From: Chrysomallon squamiferum
Taxonomy: Eukaryota; Animalia; Mollusca
Direction of reading: 5' to 3'
Length of the DNA: 64,000 nt
NCBI GenBank assembly: GCA_012295275.1
Contig: CM022667.1
Location: forward strand, 18,476,001 to 18,540,000
In this document: piece by piece, positions 31,802-41,987 of the stretch
How the letters are laid out: each line of letters opens with the position of its first letter
How positions within the stretch are numbered: the stretch's first letter is position 1
Notes under the pieces: generated by a model
Databases searched by the model: none
Told to the model about the DNA's origin: nothing
Seen by the model: only the letters and a program-made list of their open reading frames with translations
Position numbers and translations under genes: made by a program

Positions 31802-34800
31802 AAACCTTGTATCTAAGAAGGAAGTTGAAGTTCATATCTGACTGTGCTAACTGTTTCACAACTTCTTTATTCACAGTCATTCGTGCACCGTCCATAACCT
31901 TCACCGCGACCTCTGACCCGTCTGTCAAAAACCCCAACACCACTGGATTCCCACTTTAACGTGAACAACAACAATTAATAACGTCCTGGTTAGCATTAAA
32001 TGACAGAACAATTACGCATCTTTAAATCATTGATAAAACAAATGCAAGGAAGTGTAACGTTCAAAACCTTATAAGCATAAGAAAGAAGGGTAAACATCAA
32101 ATCAGAGATTAGTAACAGCTTATATTATTTTTATTCATTTTAATTTACAAAAAATATCTTTTTGTAAAGTTTCTGTTAGAAAGAAAAACAAATTTCTTTT
32201 GTATTTTTAGAAAGATTGTATGGAGTTGCGATTAAAAAGCGACCTGATCTTGAAAGGTAAAAAGTTTTGCTTCTTTAAAAACAAATAAGTAAATAATACA
32301 TTATTTTAGTGAATATAAATGCAACCTTGGATTAATATTGAAATCCTGTGTCCGTATAGGAATAACAATTTTGCTGTACTGAGTCCTCATTGTCATGGGC
32401 AGCTCTAAGATTTTGCGCAGTTTGTCTTTCCATCGTCTGCTTCGAGCCGACCACTTAGCCTCAGCCAGCTTGTGAGGACTGGTTGGTCTGTTACCGGAAA
32501 CAACGGAACTGGTGTCAGTTGATTTTGCTTGATCCTTCACGTCATTTTCATCTTTAGAGTTTGGAAGAGAATCCTGCGTTTGGGTGTCCGACTCTGTCTG
32601 AGAAAAGAGAGAAGCAGACGACGTCACTACATCTTCTTTCAGCTCGTCTTCACAATTTCCGTTCTTGTGTTTGACGTATTTTTCCAAGTCTTCCACTGTC
32701 AGTCCGTAAAGAGATGCATAATAGTAGAAGTCGTGAAATAACGTGTTGTTTTTCAGTGACGGTCTACTTACCAAGTACTCATAATGTTCTAGTACCTGCT
32801 GCTTTGCCAGCTCCTCCAGCGTCAGACCAAGCACACCTTTTCCAACGACGGAATCTTTGGAGTCGTAGAAACCAGGAAAGAGTTCCCTCGTCTCAGGGTA
32901 AGGAACGTCCTCTTTACTTGAATCACCCTTTTCCCTGTTGTCGTCTTCACGTAGGTCTTCGGGGAAAAGAACAATGTCGGATTTATTGTCTTCTGTGTTG
33001 TTGCCACCAATAACTTTATTAAGAAGTAACAGCATGCTGTTGTGGTCTTGTTTTGAGTTACATATGTCCAGTGGGTTTTTTTCATAGCTTTTGAGGTATT
33101 CCTGCACTGAACTGTTAGAAAGAGATCCATGTACATCGACATTTGACGTGGTCAGTTCCTCTTTCATTAATGCTTCTAATTCTGCTACCGTACGACAATA
33201 GTTCGCCTTTGAAAACAGATCTCTGTTGGTTATAAATGGATTATCGGATGTCTTGTCCACTGGATCATGGCGCTTGTAATTGTGAACAGAACCTTCCTTT
33301 TGACATGTAATAGCATTCAAAGATTCAACAGGTTGCTGGCATGATAACGAATTGGCAATGCTGTCCAGCGATTCCACTGGTTTCTGATAACATACCTGAT
33401 CTACAATATTAGATGCACAGTGGGATGGGGCTTGTGACTGATGGACGTAGCAATCGGTATTTCGCTTCATGTTGTATTCTGACCACAATGGGATGCCACA
33501 AACATCTGAATTACCTTCGTTGTAAACACAACAGATTTCAGATCTTTGCTGGCAGTCGTTTTCTTCAATCGATCGCTCGAAATCCCAATTTTCCGTCTCC
33601 TGGTCCAGATCATTCTCAAAGTCGACCGTCATTCCCGAGCAGACGGATTCAGAAGCAATATCTGTCATGGAATCAAATGAGGATACCGTGTAACCAGTGT
33701 CAGATTTCTCTTTACTTTGTAATGATGGAAATTCTTGTTCATAATCAGGAATGTCATGTTCTGGTTTTGAATCAGTAGGAACCTGACTCCAGGTCTGATT
33801 GTTGGGAATAATGTTACCTTTAGCTACATCAGACCACTTCATATTAGCGTGCAGCTTAACAGGGCTAGACTTTTGGTTCACTTTCTTCTTGGTGGAACTT
33901 TGACGCTTTTTAATGTTGTTCTTCTCTGGTGTTCCAAATCCTTTTATGGGCTTTGGATTGGATGATTTAACTTGAAGAGATTTCTTTGATTCCACAGTTA
34001 TCCAATTGCTGGCGTTTTCTTCGGGGAAATTCGACATGGGATAAACTTCTGTTTCTGAAGGCAACGGGTCTGGAAGATTTCCATATTCCAAGTGAGACAT
34101 TTCCAGCAGGTTAACGCCATCGTAATTTTTAGCTAAAGTTTCAGATGTTGATGAATATTTTTCATCTTCATACCGCAGATCTTGATATTCCTCATTTTCA
34201 TTTGCTATTTTTCCCGTTTTCTGGATTTGCGAGTTATAACCTTCCATGTTGACATGGTTTTCCGACGAGCCCGTCATTTTCCACTCTTTCTGTTTCTGTC
34301 TCTTTTGACGTTTTTTTTCTTTCTTTTTCTGTTGCTGTTCTTGTTTTCTCATCTCTTCTTCTAGCAACTCGGCTGCGTTCTGTCTGTGATATTTACTTTG
34401 AATTCCCTCGAAAAAGGTTGAAAATCTGTTCCACATCACTCTGCCTTGAAACTTGCAGCATTCATCAACTGACTCAATGCCGCTGTTGGTTTTCAGAAAC
34501 TCAGTGTACTTGGCCACGGAAATCCAGTTCTTCTCCAACCAAACCTCTCCTTCTTTTGTCCCGCTCAGAGCTACGAAAGGCAGGAATATCCTGGCTATGT
34601 GCTCGACGCAAACGTTGAGACACTCGTGTTCGTCGCAGTACTTCAGCGCCTTCAGGACGAGTTCCTGACCATGAGCTCTCATGAACTGCACGACAAATTT
34701 CTCGTCAACGAATGTTTCGGAATCGTACATGACCATGTAACACAAAGCCATCACCCAACCTATGCACTCCGTGTCGGCTATGTGCTTCTGAGACATCTGG

Positions 34801-35184
34801 ATAAGGTTGGGCAGAAGTTTATACTTGTAGAATGTATCCTTGAGCTCAGCGTGTGCGGCAAGCAACACATGAAATAACATGCCGTTAGCCATATCGTCAC
34901 TAAAATGAGCTCTCAGCTTTTCAATTCTAGTCTGCAATAATAAAGCAAGAATTTATTTATTTACTTTAGTACGAATATAAAGTGGGAAACATTATTTATA
35001 CATTTATTCATAGGAGAAACAATTTTGTTATCTGACCTTTACAAAATAGTCTCTCTCGGAAGAACTCAGCTTCTTGAGTAAGAAATTGGCAATGTCGTGC
35101 TTCTCCAAATCTACAGCTTTACAAATGGCGGTGAAGGAGTTCTGTAAATGTATAAATATGCAACATGAAAACATAAAGGGGTAC

Positions 35185-35272
<88 letters not shown>

Positions 35273-35981
35273 GCAATATCACCTACTACTTATTATAATA
35301 TAATATTGTGACATTACTTACTTCATCTTCGATCAAGATGTTACAGTGGTTGGCTATTAGCCTTTCTACTGACTTCATGTCGTCATTGCTCACAGCAATA
35401 AACAAAGCTGTACAGCCTTTCTGAAATAATATAAATACTCTTATTTAAATGTAATTAAAACACACTGTATATGTAATAAGATAGTGGATTTTTTTCAGTT
35501 AAGAATATATAATATAGAACTATTTGATTGTTTTCATACACTTCACAGAATTGATTTACCTTATATATCACTTGTTATAAGAAACAGGGGTAAAAAACTG
35601 AGTTATCTGCCATCACTTTTTGGAAAAATTTACCTTACATCGCTTATTGATGTCTGCACCATTTAAAAGAAGGAACTGAATGCAGCTCTCCCATCTCAAC
35701 TCTGCAGCCAGATGTAGGGCGGTGTAGCCGATCTAAAGATGGATAAAATAGATCAAAAGGGCTAATAATAATAATGATGATGATGATGATGATGATAAGA
35801 AGAAGAAAAAGAAAGAAAGACAAAGACAGAGGCTTTTGTCAATAAAAATATAATCGAATGGGGTATTAAGTTTATAGTTTAAAATGTATAATTTGAAAAG
35901 ATAGACGAACTTCGGTTCTTGATGCGATTGACGACTTGGAAGTTAATGTTATTTCAGGTGAGTGTTCATACCAAAGAACGA

Positions 35982-36025
<44 letters not shown>

Positions 36026-37914
36026 TAATAGTTAAATTTATTTTTTTGGAACCTCAGATGTTATTTATTTATTTACTAATTTAATTTAATTTAATTTAAT
36101 AAAGTTAAAGAAACCTTGTTCGCAAAGTTAATGTCGAGATTACGTCTGTATGGCCAAATACCATTGAGAACCTTGGCGTCCCCTGTTGTCACAGCAACCA
36201 TAAACGCATTGTTTCCCTCCTAAATAAAAAATAAAACAAAATGTGCAATAAATAAAATAAATTACATTAAAAAAAAAAAAAAAAAAAAAAACAGTTTATA
36301 TAAAATAAATGGTTTATGTCGTCATCAAAAAACCCATTTCATCTTAAATAAAAGTTCTCTAAATAGAATAAATTTATTTCTAGTGTCAAAATACAATATA
36401 TTATAAATACTGATGGTTGTCATTGCAATTTTAATGATAAAGTATCAGTCTAAGTTATTACATTTTCTATCTATTTTTATCTTCTCCGTTAATGTTTGTC
36501 TTGGATTTTACAAGAAGTAACAAAGAATTTATTGACATTAGGCGGCATAGTAGGGGTAAGTGTACAGAAACATTTTACAATATACATCGTGCATTATTTA
36601 CATTGTTAGGTATCGAAGGGTCTGCACCCCTCTTTAACAGGATCTCCATGATGTTGTAGAATTTCCCAATGATGGATTGCATGAGAGCGGTACTGCCATC
36701 CTACAAAAAACATTGACAATAATTAACATTTATTATTCAGTGGATATTTACTCTGTTTTATAGACTTGACAAGGTAACTTTTAATTCTTGTCAAAAAGCT
36801 GTTTCAGTTAAATCTAGTTCTGTTCATCAATACATATATTATCTGTATGTATGTTTTAGTAGGTTCTATAATTGTAGTAAGTTTCTCATGAAACAAGAAT
36901 ATTGGAATATATTGAAAATACAAAAAGTAAAAATAAATAAATAAATAAACAAATAGAAAAAGAAATTTATTTTATTTTATTTTATTATATTTATTTTACA
37001 TTTGACTGCTCATTGACGTCAGCGTTTGCTGCCAGTAATCTAATGACTGCGTCGATATAGTTGACCTTTGCTGCAACCGACAGAGGTGTCATCCCCATCT
37101 GAAACACGTTTTGAAACGAAATTAAAATAGCATGTGAAAATAAAATAAAACGTATAAATTAAAGAAAACAAACAAAAAACAATTATAATCAAAGGTTATC
37201 ATTTAAAGAAGTAGTTTTCTAAATTGTTCTAGATTAAATATAATAAGTCTTAGATTAGAATATACAAAGTGATAGATATAGACTTTCTAGTATCATTAAC
37301 TCATTTCAGAGGGTGGAAAATTACGTCGATCTACAACGTCTTTGACTTTTGGAGTTACAAATACAAACAAATTACATATGTCAATAAAGAATCAAGGATT
37401 ATATAAGGATAGTTAGTCTAAACAGTCTGGATTAAATTCAAAACCAACCATTTTTACTGTTATTTGAAGTTCTTATTTATACATTCGACTATATAAGTTT
37501 TTAGCTGTTTTATTTGAAGAAAAGTTCATAATTATATAACAATTTTCATATTTTGGACAAACTTTATGAAAAATCGAATTCTCTCTCTCTCTCTCTCTCT
37601 GTGCCTGTGTGTATGTGTGTGTCATCTACTTTGTTCTTTTTTCTTTTGTATACAAAATTATCAACCCAAAACCAATAATTAATTGTACAGTATATTTCAG
37701 TGTTGATATGCTTTACCAGTTCAGGTCTTGGGCCAAGTTTTGCTGTTTCTAGGGCATTCTGCTTGAACAACACGTCCAGCTGTTTGCAGGTATAGTCAAG
37801 TTTAGTTTTGATATGATCTGCCTTCTGTGATAATGAAGTTCCTACTTCTTCTTTTTGCGGCTTAGATTGAATTTCACGTTGTTTCTTGGTCTTTTTCAAA
37901 TTCCCACTTGGCAT
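26611..37914 (-). CDS. Ankyrin repeat - helical/low-complexity insert - pseudokinase - KEN endoribonuclease protein (RNase L/IRE1-like), 17 exons, ~1516 aa
   Basis: Exons 37914-37717 (tentative first), 37098-37000, 36700-36602, 36219-36115, 35732-35634, 35420-35322, 35141-35037 (six ankyrin repeats), 34931-32326, 31953-31806 (LGFLTDGSEVAVK), 31433-31242 (MELCDYTL...IVHGNLK), 30996-30891 (PDNIFV...VGGYG), 30219-30140 (GNRCWQATE...SDIQ), 30016-29823 (GMLLYYILSGGHHPYG), 29304-29221 (HPYFW), 28955-28874, 28440-28325 (YKHSLSELVLFVYNCCLHF), 26749-26611 (DDPCKYFLAKFP...stop). Phases are compatible; total 4551 nt. Confidence 0.88.
27955..28296. repeat. Diverged ~185-bp tandem duplication in the last intron of the RNase L-like gene
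   Basis: AAAAATCTCG...TGTTCAAGC..TTAGAATA...TGAT.ACTGAT...TTATTCGTCAGATAT occurs at ~27955-28108 and ~28136-28294. Confidence 0.65.
30230..30640. repeat. ~27-bp minisatellite (TATACAAAAATATCAGATATACAGTG), ~15 degenerate copies, intronic
   Basis: Visible tandem periodicity; it accounts for the spurious repetitive ORFs 30144-30449 and 30428-30781. Confidence 0.85.
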
Positions 37915-38139
37915 TTCATAACATTAAAAATGAATTTAAAAAAAACCCCACAGTCTATATAATTCATTAAAAAGTGTTTATGTAAATAAGCATAAAGCTG
38001 TCTTTTCAAAAATATTATATTTGATATAGATATTAACGGCTTAGCTACTTAATGACGTAACATTACTTAACGTCATACCAATAGTAGTATATTCAGAATA
38101 AATAATTCATTGTGAATAGTATCAAATTTAATGAAATTA

Positions 38140-38202
<63 letters not shown>

Positions 38203-39321
38203 AATATGTGCATCGATAATAATTATAAAAACAGATTTGTTGACGTCAGTAGATAAACTGTCAGGTGACGCCATTACTTTCTGATTCGTTAGTGGAGATG
38301 TCTTTATACTGCGAGTTAATTTTCGGAGTAGACGTCTGACGTTTGAAAATAAATCATCGATCGTCACGTCAAAAATGATTTATCACGACATATCATGATG
38401 GTATAATTCTGAATATAAAACAGATGTAAATTACGTGTAAAAAAAATAAAATAAAAAATAAAATAATAAACCTTTTTATTTATTTATTTATTTATTGGTA
38501 TATTGAATTGATTGTTTGGTTGTTTATTTATTCTTATAAAACACTAAAAGGTCGTTGACTTTTTGTTGTTTATTTTTTTTTAATTAATTAATTTCAAGTG
38601 TGGTTATTCATACATTAATATAAATTAACCAATTTTTGGTTTAAAACTAACCAACTAACTATAAAGTGGGGTTTTAATCTTGCACGTTATCATTAACAAG
38701 CATCATTACTTTGTGAATTATTGCTCACTTTTTTATTAATCAATTCTGATAAGAAAAATATAAAATTTATTATCATGATTCTTTTCTTTTTGTTTTGTTT
38801 TTTTGTCTCTGATTAAACATTGTTTTTCAACAGTAAAGTTCTTACAATTCTTAATGGAAACCTTTGTTTTGTACATTGCAAAGAAAATAAAAACGTGTAA
38901 CCTATTTATAATGGCTAAGCTTGTTAAAGTAAACATGACTAACTGTTCATATGCATTGCAATTTAAAAAAATAAAAATTAAGAATGAACAAACAAAAGTT
39001 TAAAAAGTAGTGAAACAGAAATTAACAACATTTTACCTCAATCATTTTTACTCTTTTCTTTTATCCATATATAAATATGTTTTAATATATATTACATATA
39101 TCAAAAAGGCACACAAATAAAGCTGCCACATCAAATCAACCTGTGAAAATCTGAAAATAGCTTTCCTCAAATTATAATTAAAAGCAATTTACAAACATTA
39201 TTATTTATATAAACACAAACACTTATATAGTTTACACTGAAAAATTATAATGACAGTGATAATAATATAATAATAATAATAATAACAAAACAAAAATTAA
39301 TAAGTGGTAATAATAATAATG

Positions 39322-39373
<52 letters not shown>

Positions 39374-41987
39374 CAACAATCATAATGGCAAATAATTCAA
39401 ACAATATTATAAATAAAAATACCAATACAACTTAATCACATAGCTGCCTTTTTCTCATGTATTGATGCCTGTGGACAGAGAAAAAAAAAAAATTCAAGGT
39501 AAAATATGAATCTCCAGAGAAGTTAAGGTACCATAAGAAAATAAACCTTTTAGACAAAAATAAGAAAAAAGTGAATATTTTACAAAACATTCATGTATAA
39601 ATTTACTTTTAATTATCATTATTTTTAAATATATTCTTTGATGATATCCTAATAATTTTTTTTATTAAACTTTAATCTAAATATATCATTATTTTACAAA
39701 TATTTACTTTTACCCAAAAATAGTGTGCTTTTATAAACACTAGTACATTCACGCATACACACTCAAAACACACTTGAAACAATGTGAAACACTGATAAAA
39801 ATGGTTGGTTTCTTATTTTTTATTTTTGTTTAAAAATACATCTGAAAATCTGACTAATTCATATTTATTTTCACAAGTACCATAACATAATTTTTGTTCA
39901 GACACACACACACACACACATTATACGCATAAAAAAAATCCCACACCATAGTAGTTATTTATGTCACTTTCATAATCAAAATCTGATGACTAAAAAACAA
40001 ACCACAATTTAAATTCAATTTCTTAATGTCAACTCACAATAATAATGTGATTAAGAAGCAAAATTATGCTGAATAAGCTGACAAAGGAAGACCACGACGG
40101 TAACAAATTGTTCAGCAGTGACAAACATCCACAAATAGTTATTATTAAAAAACGAAACATAAAAATTGATTACTGGTACTTTGAAATTATGCATTCAAAA
40201 TTATTATCAGTATAACAATTACTGCTATAAACAGTTAAAGCATTTAAAATCTAAATTTTAATAAAAAATGTAATAATCTAATCTAACTTTAAGCACTTTA
40301 AATGCAAAATATTAATAAATATTATTAGAATAAAAAATTGTTTTATGAAAAGCCTATCAATTACCAATTTCAGCAAATTCCCAAATAGTGGATTGCTAAT
40401 AAAATAGTTTTCAAGTGCCTAATCTAAAAAGTAAATTATTTCTCCATATTTTAAGAAATGAAGATATAATAATATTTAGATACTTTGCAAAGAAAATAAA
40501 AAATTAGATATTATAATTTTGAACTTACAAAAATCTAAATATACCATTACTTAGTTCTGAGCATTTCAGATAGAAATAAATACTCATATAGCAATAACAA
40601 TAATAAACAAACAATGAAAAGACAAAGACAACTCAAGTTAATTGTGTATGTATGTGTATCTAACTGGCAGGGCCCATAGGCACATGAACTACACATGTAT
40701 GTTCTAAAACTTTCTAAAAATCTACAAAATATGCAAAGCAAAGATGGGTTTGTGCAGAACCTTTACAAAGCTATTAAATGAACTTTATTTATTGTGAGAG
40801 AATGAACTGGACAGACCAAATTCATTGGACCATGAATGAAACTATACAGTTGTGAGAAATTGCTTTTAAAATAAACTGAACATTTAAAAATGTATTTACA
40901 ATTACTTTTTGAATGGTAATATTTATTTATTTTTAATATTAGATTTAAGGATTAAAATAATTATGCATAAATTTACTTCTTAATAGTATTAATAATTATC
41001 AACTAAACTCATTGATTTCAAACTTAAATTTTTTTTCTCTGACAGACTCAATGATTTATTCAATGATTTTTTGTTTTCATGGCACCAACTGAATAGCTCT
41101 TATATTAGTGGGCTTGTGAACAGCTGTATGATAACTGGAAGTGATGTGCCAAATAGACGACATAGCCAATCAGATTTATTTTAAGAGATCAAATTATTTT
41201 ATTTTCATGATTTATGATTTTCTTAGTTTTTGCTGACCAACTTCAGAATTTAAATCACATCCATAAAATTATGCAATGCATTTTAATTTTTTTTTAAACT
41301 ATTTTTGAAATATACAGATATTTCAGGATGCAATACTGAATACAACAATTCAGATTAATATATATGTACTTGTATTTAGTTATGAACTCAGACCAACAGA
41401 AAAATGGATCACAGCACTGGTGGAACTGGTATTTTGTATTGTGGTCATAAGTTTCAGGGCAATTTTTAATATAAAATTGTTTGTCATGCATAAATTGTTT
41501 TTATATTATTATGATTACAATGTTTAATACTGAGCGTCTGGGTGGTTATTTGAATGAAAATGATTTAGCTTTTTTAGCGGATTTGGTTTATGGTTTTAAA
41601 AAATATATAAAGTGAGGTAGGTCTTAAAGTTTTAATAATTTAAAAATTTTGTTCTCTGGTTGTTATCCTAATACTTAAGAAAATGCTGATTTAAAATCTA
41701 TCAACATAAAGTATAACTCATTATAATTTTGTCAAATTATTTAACTTTTAACTATGAAGCAAGTTACCAAATTATTTTCTTTGAAACAGTTATGTCAAAA
41801 AAAAAAAAAAAATCTTTTTATTTATTGAAGTACATTGTAAATACAATTTACAACACAATGTTTAAAGCTATGATATTCTATCATGTTGTAACTTGTATAG
41901 TAAATAAAACATTGTATACTTTCTATGTATGCTGTGATTTGGAATATTTGTAAATCTCATGTAGTTACTAAAACTAACAAACAGATA

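Noticed and set aside
26611-31953. Calling the kinase-KEN gene IRE1/ERN1
   Set aside because: No luminal domain, signal peptide or transmembrane helix; the N-terminus is ankyrin repeats and the catalytic residues are lost.
32529-34877. Antisense and alternate-frame ORFs over the large exon (also 6696-7313)
   Set aside because: Shadow ORFs of real coding exons with no recognisable motifs.
32301-34937. 878-aa ORF as a standalone gene or transposon ORF
   Set aside because: It has no ATG start, is bounded by splice sites in phase with the flanking ANK and kinase exons, and shows no RT, integrase or transposase motifs.
26611-37914. Assigning the symbol RNASEL
   Set aside because: The architecture matches, but orthology cannot be shown without a phylogeny; repeat number, exon structure and the insert differ.
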